From Hemiscyllium ocellatum (lineage: Eukaryota): a DNA stretch of 64,000 nt. The notes under the pieces were generated by a model. It was not told the DNA's origin. It did no database searches and was given only the letters and a program-made list of their open reading frames with translations. This document shows, in pieces, positions 1-12,680 of the stretch (position 1 is its first letter; every line of letters starts with the position of its first letter). Position numbers and translations under genes: made by a program. The stretch is from NCBI RefSeq assembly GCF_020745735.1, contig NC_083426.1:12152001-12216000 (forward strand), read 5' to 3'.

Positions 1-1224
1 GTCAACTAATGCTAGTGTCTCTCTGTTAACAACCAGTCATGGTCTATTCTCTAGCAGTGACAATTAGTCAAGCCCTTGAGAAGGATTGGTTGCAGTGAAC
101 TTCGTATACCACCCCGAGCCTGAATAACACATCAATCCTCTGAAACAGTTGCAGCACTTAATTAGACCAGATGAGGCTAACATTTTGGGCCCTTGTGATA
201 TTGTGGTGGGGTCCCTATCCCTACACCAGGAGGACTTGGTTTAAGTCCCACCTACTCCAGAGGTATGTAATAATATCTCTAAGCAGGTTGCTTATGAAGT
301 ATCTAAACCTAATATTTTCCCAGTCACTGACCATTGCCTTACCCAATTCCTTGTGATCTCAGCAATTGTAAATTTAATTCATTCTCTATTCACAGGTTTA
401 AGCTGGGTCCATTCCAGATTAATATTATTCATGTGTGTGAAAGAAAGCTTCCGAGTTTCACTCTAAAATATTGTACCTCCCATTTTTAGATGATCCCTGA
501 ACCTATGCTCAATTTCACCGAACAATCAGTTCCTCTGGACCTACCACACACAATTCCTTAAAAACTATCAATTCTTCGATCATGCAACTTCAAAATTCAA
601 GGCAGTAAAATGCAATTTGTTCAGTCTTTTCTCAGGACCTAATCATTTAAACCTTGTATTATTCTGGTGCTTTTATACTGCAGAGGTGATGGTATAGAGA
701 TAATATCATCATACTAGTAATACAGAGGTCAACAACTATGTGCTGGGAGCATGCTTTCAAATTCTACCATGGCAGCTGGTAGAATTGAATTGTAATTGAT
801 CAAGAACGTTTGCTACATTAATAAATTAGGAATTAAAAACTGAGCTAACAGTGACCATGAAGCTATTACACAGCTGGCTGACAAATGTCCTTCAGTGAAT
901 AATATCTACTTGCCTTCCCTGACATAAAAACAAAGTGCTGGAGAATCTAAGCTGGAACATCTATCAGAGAGAAATGTTTCAAGTTGAGTGAACATTCTTC
1001 AGAACTGGTCTACCATATCTGGTCTGGCTGTGTGTGACTAGAGACCCACAGCTTTAGTGTTACTTTACGGCTGGCATGGTAAACTAGTTAGCTGGTTAAC
1101 CCCATACTCTCATAATTCGGAACTTTCACTAATAAAATGTGGAACATTTTATTCCATCAAGAATTCCATCAAGAATTGAACAACCTGATTTGCAAAGCTT
1201 ATATCACAGGATCTGCTGTTCATA

Positions 1225-1520
1225 GAGTCATAGAGTTGTTGAGATGTACAGCATGTACTCAATCTAGTCCCACCTGCCAGCACCTGGCCTATATCCCTCC
1301 AAACCCTTCCTATTCGTATACCCATCCAAATGCCTTTTAAATGTTGCAATTGTACCAGCCTCCACCACTTCCTCTGTCAGCTCATTCCATACACATACCA
1401 CCCTCTACGTGAAAAAGTTGCCCCTTAGCTCTCTTTTATATCTTTCCCCTCTCACCCTAAACCTATGCCCTCTAGTTCTGAACTCCCCCACCCCAGGGAA
1501 AAGACTGTGTATTTATCCTA
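1225..1520 (-). mobile_element. CR1/HER1 LINE 3' end
   Basis: Reverse of SRTRGHRFRV..FTQRVV.. with the CR1 tail. Confidence 0.8.
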
Positions 1521-1974
1521 TCAATGTCTGCGGAATAAAGTCAACTAGTCTGCACCCAACATGATTAACATGAATGTGGGTTTTCCCTCTGAAGTTAAAT
1601 GAATACCCAGTTGAGCTTTTCTAACTGAAAAGCTGGATGATATCAATGGTTTTGTTGGTACTTGACTGTTGATGGTACAGGGACAGCACGGTGTAATAAA
1701 GGTTTCTACGGCAGCTGAGATTACTGGCCACTTTTGAGATGTTTGTGCTCCTGTTCTGTACTTTGTGATGCCATTGTGGAGTCTGTGGAGTTTCTAGAGA
1801 ATCTCATTTCTCAATGATCTCAGGGTCAGCCAGCTCACATTAAAAACCCTACAAGTCATCCACTAATGCTCAGTGGTTTTGCTGCTGTCAATGTTATCTT
1901 CATAATCTATTATTACAAACACATACAGGTCAGCCTGCCTAGCAGTAGGCTCTAACTTGGTTGCAAAGAGAAGC

Positions 1975-2300
1975 TGATGGCCTAGTGGTGTTATCATGAA
2001 CCTATTAATCAAAAAGTAAAATTCTGGGGACTTAGGTTTGAATCTTGCCACAAAACTTGGAGTTTTGGAATCAAAACTCAATAAAAAATCTGGTATGAAG
2101 GGTCTGATCATGATAATGGAACCATTGTTGATTGTTGGAAATACATGTCTGGTTTACTAATGTCCTTTAGGGAAGGGAACTGCCATCTTTACCTTGTCTG
2201 GCCTCCATGTGACTCCAGACACAAAGACACAAGACTTTTAAGTGCTCTCTGGGCTATTAGGGATGGGCAATAAATGCTGCCCTAGCCATGTCCCATGAAT
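1975..2300 (+). mobile_element. Deu-domain-like SINE remnant
   Basis: cctagtgg..atcatgaacc head and tagggatgggcaataaatgc tail; family assignment is from memory. Confidence 0.5.
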
Positions 2301-3929
2301 GAATACAAATTTTAAAAATCATCCTCTCTTAACTGTATTCCTTTGATTTTAACCACTTTCTTCTCTGTAGCTGGTCAAATAGGAACATAGACACCCACCT
2401 CAAAAATTAATCTGACACCTTGCTGCAAAACATCAGCAAGTGTAGGTCTTGACAGAGTGTCTGCAGTTGTTTACATTTTCCCTGCAGTACATTTGCTGTT
2501 GAGTTATATCTCATGAATCTAAGTCAAAACATTGGATTCAAGGTGATATGTTGACAATTCAATATATTGAATTTAGAAGGAGGCCCAAAGATTGTGTTCT
2601 GTCTGGATCCTAAATTGTAATCCACTGAGATAACTGCAAGACTATTCATTGACTCTTTGCTTTGAGGAGTTATCATCAGCACCTCACCTTATTGGATACA
2701 AAAATGTCCTGACCTGGTAGTGAGAGATTTTGTCTGCAATCCCAAGGCTGTTCTGTATCTCTCAATCTGGAGCTCTCTTCTCTGACCTTCCTCAGGATGC
2801 TTGATGTTTCTGAGCTGCTGGGATAATGATAATGGTTATTCTTTTGGCATCAACATCTTGTGCTTCTCCATTATTGTGCCTTTTCTTTCCCTTCAAAGTT
2901 TACCTGATCTCAAAGTGTTCCTTGTTTCTGAAGTCTTTGACAGCTCTCACCCTCATTTATCTTCTTTTCTGAAGTTGGCAGGTCATCCTGTGGGTTTATC
3001 AATTCCTGGCATCAGGTAGCTCTGACTGATGCCCACGTGTAGCCACCATGGCTTGAGATGAGGTTGACCATGGAATGGAAATCAGAACTATGGTCTTCCT
3101 AGCTCAGTTTAACCCTGTTCCTGTAGTACTCAATTAGTTGGCTGTCCTTATCTTATCTGTTAGGAATCCAGAGATAATCGTAGGAAAACAATTTCAACTC
3201 TTTATTCACACTGTAGTACACAGCAATCTAATGCAGGGGGCTATATCTCCATCTCAGATTCTCTCCAGTTGTGTTCTCTCAATATCATAATTAAATTATA
3301 AGTTACACCACTAACCGACTGACATTAACTATTGACTTCATTTCTTTCTCAGATTCTACAAAGCAGATGAACTCCTACTTCCCCATATTAAACTGCATCT
3401 TTCATACAGATTTGGCTCTTTCTAGGTCCTTACGCATGTCAGGGTACTGAGTTGGATGCTAATAATTTATGGGGAAGTGATGCTCAAGGGCCAAAAGGCC
3501 TACTCCTGCTCCTATTTTTGACGTTCCTATTGAAATTGCTGCTCCCCCCGCCCCATACACAATTTACATCCTAGAATGGCTGGGTGATCCACTGCTGCTA
3601 AGAGTATTTCAAGAGGAGCAAGAGAGTTTGTTCAGTTTACCAGCCTCAGCAAGTATTATCTGGACACCTATTTCCTTTCCTTTGTCACGACTTTCCCCTA
3701 TGCAAAATTTCTGCTACTTCTGCTACATAATGACAGTAACAGTGCAATTACTTGAATGCATTTGGGATGATTTGAACACTGTACATTTCATTAAAAATGT
3801 CTTCAATGATTAAATAAAACTTGGCTTCATTAATTGGAGCTATTCTAGATTCCAGCAACTGGTAATCTCTTGATGGTACAGCTATGACAAGGATCAAGAA
3901 GCCTGATCTATTCTAAGCAAATAATCCAC

Positions 3930-3995
3930 CTAATGTTTCATTTGTAATATCAAAATTATTTCAGAAATAAGGTTGGTTAAATGGTTTGTTTCATT
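3930..3995 (-). pseudogene. Short cytoplasmic-tail exon following the TM exon
   Basis: Acceptor ccacgtcctcag|AATGAAAC is conserved with 36389 and 38312. Short ORF NETNHLTN.. with no tyrosine motif. Confidence 0.5.
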
Positions 3996-4136
3996 CTGAG
4001 GACGTGGAAGGATTGACATAAATACAAGTCTTCTTAACAATATCTGTGAACAACATTTTCAAAATAGATAGAGTACTTGCAAAGTGCTCAGAATAATTAT
4101 AAATTGATATAGTTGTAAATTAATTATAATTCTCAC

Positions 4137-4379
4137 CTTACATTGTCTTGTAGACTGCACTTTGACTGAAACAATACACATCACCAAGAGAATGAGGACA
4201 ATCCAAAGCATCACATCCCAGACAGTGGAAATGCAGAAACTCTTCCTCCAATGCCATTCTTATTTCATTCTTTTGTTCCTCAAGAGACCTTTAGTCATGG
4301 TGCCCTGCTTCAATTTTCTTTTTAAACTGAGGAAGCATGCACCTTGTACAATCTGCTTTAAGCTCATTGCTCTCCAACT
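4137..4379 (-). pseudogene. Decayed stalk/transmembrane exon of a CD300-like receptor
   Basis: Acceptor atcag|, donor AAG|gtgaga. The 3' part reads TVWDVMLWIVLILLVMCIVSVKVQSTRQCK, with an in-frame stop upstream. Homologous to 36049-36290 and 37975-38215. Confidence 0.65.
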
Positions 4380-4432
4380 CTGATACTAAACATTTTTTAT
4401 TCTTGCATGAGGAGAAGGATATTAGAACTCAT

Positions 4433-5235
4433 ATATTGATTGATTTATTGTTGTCATCTGTACCAAGATAAAGTAAAAAGTATTGTTTTGTGTGCTATAC
4501 AGGCGGATCGTACTATACAAAGTGCATCAGCATAGCAGAACAGAGTGCAGAATACAGTGTTACAGCTACAGAGAAGGTGCAGAAAGACAGAGATCAGAAT
4601 TAACATTTAAGAGGTCCATTCAAAAGTCTGATAACAACATGGAAGAACATGTTCTTGAGTCTATTCATTTGGGTATTCAAAGGTATATATCTTCTGCCTG
4701 ACAGAAGTAGGTAAAGAGAGTAGAACAGGAATGGGAGGGGCTTTGATTATGTTGCTGCTTTATGAGGCAGTGGGAAGTATAGATGGAGATAATGGTTGGA
4801 AGGCTGGTTTGCGTGATGGACTGGGTTCTGGTCATGACTGTCTGTAGTTTATTGTGGTCTTGGCCATAACAGTTGCCATCCCACACTGTGATGCATCTGG
4901 ATAGGATGCTTTCTAAGGTACTTTCTTTTACAATCTCTGTCCTTCCCTCAGGACCCAAACCACAGCTGGTGACAGCGGTCTCTACACAGTGTGACATCGT
5001 CTTTAACCACAAAGGGATTTCCTGAGTCACTTCCTCTTGCCTCGGTTGTTGCCATGGTTCAGGTGACCGCACATACCAGCTGTGCTTTGTTCTACAAGGC
5101 AGCAGAGTGAGGGCAGGTTTGCTTTCAACTATATTATCCCTTTAATACAGGGACTAATATCGGTAATATAATTACAGTACGATCTGCTCGTAGAGCACAC
5201 AAAACAATATCTTTCATTGTATCTCAGTATGTGAC
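4433..5235 (-). mobile_element. Rex1/Babar-like LINE 3' fragment with a 260-bp cassette and an inverted second tail
   Basis: ESILSRCITVWDGNC..KLQTV..QSITQTSLP; tail-like sequence at both ends in opposite orientation. Confidence 0.65.
5014..5058 (+). promoter_or_regulatory. Composite NF-kB-like/AP-1/PU.1 site plus RFX-like site, copy 1
   Basis: GGGATTTCC-TGAGTCA-CTTCCTC are contiguous at 5014-5036, followed by GTTGCCATGG. Confidence 0.45.
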
Positions 5236-6280
5236 AATAATAATAAATAATCAAATTTAAAAAAAGGGCTGGTTAGGTAGACTGGCTATGCTAAATTGCC
5301 TATAGAATCCAAGGATGTATAGGCTAGGTGGATTACACAAGAGGGGAGCTGTTCTGTTGTTCAGTGTCCTAGTCAGTAAGTTTAACATGACCCAGGGCCA
5401 GTAGAATTATAGAAGTCAGCATCAAATGTTCTGAACAAAGATTTAGGATTTCTCCTCAAAGGTAAGAAGGTAAATTAACTCTCTTTACAAAAATGCCTCT
5501 GGGAGCATTTAACATTGGAAGTATCTGCTCCCAGAGGAAGGCATTCATTGAGCTCAAGAGAAAAGAAAATTGCATTCACTGTGATATCAACCCACTGCCA
5601 GGTAATTGTCAGTGTAGTCCTTGCTGCACCATTCATCTTTACTTGTCTGTGGGAGAAGAACTCCACTCGTGCGTTTTAACAATAAGATGCAGCTTGTTTC
5701 ACAATAAAACCATGTTCAAATTGTGCTAGTAAAATATATACAGTTACTCAGAGAATGAGGAAACCTGCCAATATAAGTATTTACCCTAAAAGATCCTAGA
5801 CTGCTTTCCTTTTCTCACCTAAATTCATACCTTTGAATTTATGGAACACTTTACAATCCATTCAGATGTCAGAGAGGGGTCTCAGTTCACCTGAAAGATG
5901 GCATACCCTCAGGCGAAATGAAATGTTAACCTATGTTATTTGACCAAATCCTGAAGTAGATCCATAACTCTCTGCCTTAGAGACTAGAATTTGATAAAGC
6001 TGACTTCTTTGAGCTGTTATACTTTGCTGGGGTAGTTATGTGATATGATGGGTATGCACTGGGGTACCACAAGGCTTGATGTCTTATGTGACATTTCCAT
6101 AAGACAAAGGAAAAGGAGGCATCTATAGATTACACCATATTGGGAATAGGATGGAACTGGAGGGAACAACTCAAATTATAGATGAATTAGACAAAATAGG
6201 TTTGTGGTTCATAGCAGATAAAATTAAATTGCAAAGTAAGAAGAAGCAATGGCCATCACAAATTGACATGAATAGATTTC

Positions 6281-6580
6281 CTAATGCTTCACTTTAGTAT
6301 CAGTTGTCATTTCAGATTCTGGTGGATCCTCTGTTGTTGGAGTTACTATGTTGTTTTCTGGAAGCTGGCTTTGAACTAGGGCATTGCCCCTGTTAGCTGA
6401 GTAACTTGTTGTCTCACCACTCCGTGATGATAACTTCTTTTGAAACTGCAAATCTGCATATATGACTCCATTTTCATTGTCCTTGAAATGGACAGTTCCT
6501 GTGCTCTGTATTTTTCCTGACCTGCTTTGACTGTGCTTTATATTTGAATATACAATATTGTCTTCTGCTCCTACCATTCG
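6281..6580 (-). CDS. Terminal cytoplasmic exon with two ITIM-type motifs (inhibitory receptor tail)
   Basis: Acceptor ttttgtttcag|, phase 0, open 99 codons to TAG. Contains IVYSNI and VIYADL, matching (I/V/L/S)xYxx(L/V/I). Confidence 0.8.
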   Translation of the reverse strand, partial: RMVGAEDNIVYSNIKHSQSRSGKIQSTGTVHFKDNENGVIYADLQFQKKLSSRSGETTSYSANRGNALVQSQLPENNIVTPTTEDPPESEMTTDTKVKH

Positions 6581-7149
6581 CTGAAACAAAAACACAAAGT
6601 TTGAATTGATCTTTGATTAATGGTGATTTTTGTTGCTATGAAGGGAGATCTATTTTCAGATTATTGTAAATTAATTGACAAAACTGTTGCAAAGTTTTAT
6701 AAATTATCAAATGCTCAAATAACCAACTCAGTCTGATAAGTTCATCCACACAAACCTGTTCACATTGGTCTTCATTTCACCTCAGTATTGTATTTAATTA
6801 GACCTTTCTACCTTGTGCGCTTATCCAGCTTACATGTGAGGTACCAGTTAGACAGTTTTGCAGACAGTCTAGATGACAGCTTATATTTACAAAGGGATAT
6901 ATTGACAGACTAACTGAATGGGCAAAATCATGGCAGATGGAATTCAATATAACCAACTGTGAGATTATCCATTTTGGAGTAAAAAAAGGATTGATCAAGA
7001 TATTTTCTGGGTGATATGAAGTTAAATGCAGTGAATGACAAAAGAAACTTGGGAGTTGAAATACATAGACCCTTAAAATGTCAAGAACAGGTGCAGAACA
7101 TAATCAAGGAAGGTGATGAAATGCTGACCTTTTGGACTGATACTGGAAA

Positions 7150-7184
7150 CATCTGATGAAGGAGCTGCGCTCTGAAAGCTAATG
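7150..7184 (+). ncRNA. Minimal hammerhead motif, second family (G-U closing stem II)
   Basis: CAU CUGAUGA A GGAGC-ugc-GCUCU GAAA GC UA AUG. Confidence 0.55.
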
Positions 7185-8204
7185 CTTCCAAATAAACCTG
7201 TTGGACTATAACCTGGTGTTATGTCATTTTTAACAAAATGAAATTAAAAGCTTCTGCAGGTATGTAAAAAAAATTGGCAAAGTCAAACGAGGATCCATTA
7301 AAAGCAGATTTAAGAGAATTTATTTGAAGAAATGGAGAAATGGCAGATAAGCTGAATGAATAAATTGTGACTTTTATAGCTGAGGAAACTATGAGTATTA
7401 TGTCTGATTTAGAGATTCAAATGGCAAGGGAGAACGAGGAGGTGAAGGAAATTAGTATTGGTAGGAAGGTTGTGCTGGAGAAATTAATGGAAGCTGATAA
7501 ATCCCCAAGACCTGATTGTCTGCTTTCCTATGTGTTGACAGAGGTGTCAGTAGAGATAGATAATGTATTGGTGATGATCTTTCAGAAGTTCAGATATTTG
7601 AGAATGATTCCTACAGGTTGAAAGCTTGCAGCTGATACCCCATTATTTATGGGAAGAGAAAGGGAAAGAATAGGGAACTACTGATGTATCAATCTTACAT
7701 CAATAGTAAGGAAAATGCTGGACTTCATCATAAAGGACGTGATGAATACACTCTGAGAAAAATGGTTTGATTGTGTAGTCAGCATGGATTTATAAATGAA
7801 CAATTGTGTTTTACCAACCTTTTGGAGTTTTTTCAGGATGTTACTCACAAAATTGTTAATGGAAAGTTAATGAATAGAGAGCATTTGGTTTTTGAGAAGG
7901 CTTTTAATAAGGACCCCACAGAAGGTTAATTTGTGAAGTTGAAGCACATAGTACAGGAAGCATTGCAATGGCATGGATTGATGATTAGTGTACAGACAGA
8001 AAATAGAGTGTAAGAATAAATGGGGCATTCTCACATTGGCAGGTTGTGACTAATGGGGTACTGCAAGGGCCAGGACTCATGCCCCAGCTTTATTCAATAT
8101 ATAAATGATTTGGACATGGGGACTAAGTATAATCTTTTCACATTTGCAGTTGATACAAGAAAAGGAGGATTATGTGTTGTGAGAAAGATACAAAACAACT
8201 TAGT

Positions 8205-8499
8205 GGGTGGCACGGTGGCACAGTGGTTAGCACTGCTGCCTCACACCGTCAGAGACCCCACTTCAATTCCCACCTCAGGTGACTGACTGTGTGGAATTTG
8301 CACGTTCTCCCAGTGTCTGCGTGGGTTTGCTCCAGTTTCCTCCCACAGTCCAAAGATATGTGGGTCAGGTGAATTGGCCATGCTAAATTGCCCGTAGTGT
8401 TAGGTAAGGGGTAAATGTATGGGTATGGGTGGGTGGCGGGTCGGTGTGGACTTGTTGGGCCGAAGGGTCTGTTTCCACACTGTAAGTAATCTAATCTAA
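8205..8499 (+). mobile_element. HE1-type tRNA-derived SINE (inserted in CR1)
   Basis: ggcacggtggcacagtggttagcactgctgcctcac head, V-SINE-like core, aatct tail. Confidence 0.9.
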
Positions 8500-9185
8500 A
8501 CTTCAGAAGGAGTTGGACAGGCTTAATGATAGAGAAAGACCTTGGCCACTGATATATATTATGAGTAAGTGTCAGGCTAGCCATTTTGATAGGAAGAACA
8601 GATGTGCAGAGTATTTTTAAATGGTGAGATGTTCGGAAGTATAAATGTAAAAAGTGACTTGGATCCCCTTGTCAATAAGATACTGAAGGCTAACATGCAA
8701 GTGCAGCAAGTTACTAGGAAGAATAATGAAATGTTACCATTTATTACAAGAGGATTTGAGCACTAGAATTGAGAATTCTTGCTTCAGTTGTTGTGTTGGA
8801 TGTTAGTTAGACTACACTTTAAGAATTTTGTGCAGTTTTGATCACCTTATCTCATGAAAGATATTATTGCCAAAGGAGTGCATGATAGTTTCACCAGACT
8901 TTTTGTTGCATATTTAAAGTAGAAGCTGCTAAGTATTTGGTGATTAATGGTATGAAGAGTTAAGAGGATAATGTGGCTTAACAGTATTGCAATGTTCAAT
9001 CAGCCATGATCATAGTAAAGTGTGGGGCAGGCTCAACAGGCTAAATGGCCTCCTAAATTCCTTCCAACAAGTATCAGCATTGCTGGGGCACCTTGGGATA
9101 TTGGAGTTTTCCTGGTTCATTTCAGATAAATCATTGATCAGACATTTCAGTAGAGCTTAATAAAGAACATCAGTGAGAACCATGC

Positions 9186-9506
9186 CATAAAATACTTCAA
9201 GCTTCACAGCATGTAATTCATCTTCAAGTGTTTGAGTAATACCAAGCTGTACCATCCTGCATCTTCCCTGTGAAGATCCTCCATGCTCACAATAAATACT
9301 CCTTGTGCCTTGTAATCCTTGATTGATATTCTTCCTCGCTGTCCACCTGGATCAGTTGTTCTCATCAAATATGAGCAATGGACAGTCCAACCATGACACC
9401 AGTATTTCATATTGGGCTTGAACAAAGAGTTGTATCGACAATTTATTGAGATTGATCTTCCCACAATTCCTGTTACTTTCTTGTTCGTCCACAGATATGG
9501 GTAAAG
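9186..9506 (-). pseudogene. Frameshifted V-type Ig exon of a third CD300-like gene
   Basis: Acceptor tctcctcag| followed by ..SINCRY..MKYWCHGWTVHC..EDAGWYS. One base is missing at 9244/9245 where the F-strand Cys should be; restoring it gives YSCGITQTLEDELHAVKLEVF. The exon starts with one extra base relative to A/B, and the homologous donor reads GC rather than GT. Confidence 0.8.
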
Positions 9507-10324
9507 CTGAGGAGACAACTTTTCAGAAATTGAACAAGAATTAAGTTCACAATCCAAATAAATATAACTAAATAAGTTTTACTCCTCCACTGTAAAAATC
9601 ACTGTAAACACTGTAAAATATCATTGACAAATATATGACCATATGAATTAGGAAGTACAACCTGGAACTATAAAGACGAAATGGGACATTCAGCTCTTGA
9701 AATCTTCTCTGCCATTCAAAACAGCATACCTAATATGTTTGTGTTCCAAATCTCACATTCTCATTTATTCTGATAACCTTTGATTCTTGTCCCACATATA
9801 TCTATCCACCTCTACTGCTTTCTGTGGCTGACAGTTCTCTGAAGAAATTACTTATTCCTATTGCTGTATTTAAAAGCTGATCCCTAATTTTAAAGCAGAG
9901 TCCCCTCAGGGACTCACCCTGAAGATTAAACATAATTTTCAAGACTCAATCTCCCCAATGCCCTCTATCACTGAACCATAATGTCCTCACTTTTATAATT
10001 AATTCATCTTATAATAGAGGATAGGATTTTCTAAGGCTTCTTAATCACATTTTGGTACCTTCATTCCAACATTATGTGACTCATGCATTAGAGCACCTTG
10101 ATCCCTTTGCACCTTGGATTTTCCATTGGTATAAAATTAAGTAATATTCAGTGTTCCAGGATTTTGACTTGGCGACAGTGAAGGAACATGGATATAGTTC
10201 CATGTAGGATGGTATGTGATATTAACATCATTTTTCAAATTTCAAAATGGGTATACATTCTTTTTGGATATTTCTGTAAAGTGCTTTCTTTGAAATAAGC
10301 TCCTCACGTGGAGCAGCCTTTGGG

Positions 10325-10632
10325 ACTGCACAGTGGCTCAGTGGTTAGCACTGCTACCTTACAGCACGAGGGACCCATGTTCAATTCCTGCATTGGGTGA
10401 CTGTCTGTGTGGAGTTTGCACATTCTCCCCATGTCTGCGTGGGTTTCCTCCAGGTGCTCTGGTTTCCTCCCACAATCTAAGGATGTGCAGGTCAGATGAA
10501 ATGGCCATGCTAAATTGCCCAAGTTGTTAAGTGTGTTAGCCAGGGGTAAATGTGGGGAATGGGGCTCGTGGGTTACTCTTTGGACTTGTTGGGCCGAAGA
10601 GCCTGTTTTCATACTGTGTGGAATCCAATCTA
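10325..10632 (+). mobile_element. HE1-type SINE
   Basis: Same head, core and tail. Confidence 0.88.
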
Positions 10633-12169
10633 AAATGGAGTTAAAATGCTAACCTTATTCCAGCATTTGCCAGAAAGCAAGTACATCTAAACCCTTTGTG
10701 TATTTTATTAGAAAATTGTTGATACTGTGTTGCTTTATGACAGATTTATAAACATTGTGTACATTACCTTGCTTTCAGTTCAGATTAATGATGGATTAAT
10801 TTTAGTTTGCAAAACTCAGAGACTGAAAGGTGTTTGTTCAGTTCTGTTGTGTCTTCACTGGGTTTAGAAGGGAGCGTATTTTCTCTCAATAAGCAGGTCT
10901 AGAAGGAAGCTCATCACCACCTTTTCACAGGTAATTAGGGATGGACAAGATATTCTGGCCGAGCTCGGGTAAAGGGGCCAACAGCGATGAGGTTCATGTC
11001 ACAATCTGAGGAATGGAACTTTATTTAAATACAAGAATCAAGGACCATATCTCTTGAGAAGGTTTTCGAATACCCCAAATTCCACAGTAGTTCACCAGAA
11101 ATATATTGAGTTCAATGTTTTTGTCCATTTAAATCCACCTATGTCACAGAATCTCTTGGATGTTTCCAACCACATTCCCAATTGATCCTACCACCTTCAA
11201 CAATATGGAAACGCCAACATGAGAAATTGAAGCAGGAGTCAATGATACCATTTAACAAGCTTTGTCAAATGCAGGTGAATACAACTATCTGCAAGTGCGG
11301 TTCCATTCACCACTCCTCCATTCTGTCTGTACCCTGGAATTCCCTGCCTTTGGTGCTCAACTACACCGAATGAGCTGCAGTAGTTCAAGAAATGAGCTCG
11401 TCACCACCTTCTCAAGGATGGATAATGCTGGCCCAGCCAGTGACATCCACAGCCCACATGCAAATAAAATAAAGATCACCTCACCTCTTCATTTGTTTGT
11501 CAATGAATGGAAACTGGTAAACTGATGTTGCGCAATGAGGATGATACCGGTGGGTGGTTGGTTACAGATCTGGGGAGTCTCTGCAGGATTGGCTGTGGAT
11601 ACTGAGAGAGGCCAGTGGGATTACGTGTTACAATGCTGCAGCGCTAGTCACTAACAAAAGGGCACAGCTCTAGGGAAAACCTGGATTCTCGGCAGCAATG
11701 TGTATTGAGGTTCTGACGGATTCTGGAAACTAGGTAGCTCCATAATTAAAATGCAGATCAGCCCCAATCCAACTAATGGGCTGAGTGGTCTCATCTCTTC
11801 TTTGATTTTCTGGGACTCTTATAGATTTTCAATGGAGCTGGAAGTATGAGCAGAAAAGTGCTGAGAGACAGCATTGCCAGCAGTAACATTTCAAACAATG
11901 AATGCTCAGGAGCAGATTTTGTCCGAGTCTGTTTCTGACTCAAAATCCTCATAAGAAGTGATGGCTCACACCTCACATACATGTTTTGACAACCCACCTA
12001 GTACAGCAACAAAGGGGGAGTTTTAACTGGACATCCATTCACCCCAACAGAACGGAAAATGGGAGGATCAGTGGGTTTAAATGGACAAAAACATAGAACT
12101 CAATATACAGGTACTGTGGGACCTGCCACAAATCCCCTCCCTCATTCAGATGGACATCCCTTTTTTTAA

Positions 12170-12680
12170 TATTCATTTATGGGACTTGGGCGTTACTGGC
12201 TGACCAGCATTGATAGCCCATCCCTATTTGCTTTGAGAAGGTGGTGGTGAGCTATCTTCTTGAATCGCTGCAGTTCACTTGCTGTGGGTTGACCTGTGGC
12301 CAGTAGGGAGGGAATTCCAAGATTTTGACCCAAATTCAGTGAAGGAATGGTGGTATATTTCCAAGTCAAGGTGGTGAGTGGCTTGGAGGGGAACCTGCAG
12401 GTGGTGGTGCTCCCAAGTACCTGCTGCACTTGTCCATCTAGATGGCAGTTATTGTGGGTTTAGAAGGTGCTGTCTAAGTATCTTTGGTGAATTTCTGCAG
12501 TGCATCTTGTAGATAGTACACACTGCTGCTAATGAGCACCGGTGGTGGAGGGAGTGGATGCTTGTAGATGTAGTGCCAATCAGGCAGGTTGCTTTGTCCA
12601 GAATGGTGTGAGGTTCTTGAGAGTTGTTGGAGCTGCACCCATCCAGGCAAGTGGGGAGTATTTCAACACACTCCTTTTCC
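12170..12680 (-). mobile_element. LINE 3' fragment (shares its tail with the Deu-type SINE)
   Basis: cccatccctatttgctttgagaaggtggtggtgagc; similar fragments at 11270-11470 (+) and 16850-17340 (-). Confidence 0.55.

Larger units (their letters stand above)
6815..9055 (+). mobile_element. Decayed CR1 LINE, interrupted by a Penelope tail and an HE1
   Basis: RT remnants (F..YINDLD, FAVDT, WQMEFN) and gatcagccatgatc tail. Confidence 0.75.

Noticed and set aside
8205-8290. tRNA-like heads of HE1 copies as tRNA genes
   Set aside because: They continue into the SINE core and tail; no complete cloverleaf.
10768-10860. Possible decayed leader or promoter of the minus-strand V gene
   Set aside because: Only short word matches (agaactgaac, tttgcaaa) and no ATG in frame with the donor.
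11791-11997. Minus-strand ORF with a hydrophobic stretch followed by basic residues
   Set aside because: No similarity to the family TM exon and no coherent splice sites; the hydrophobicity may come from a pyrimidine tract.
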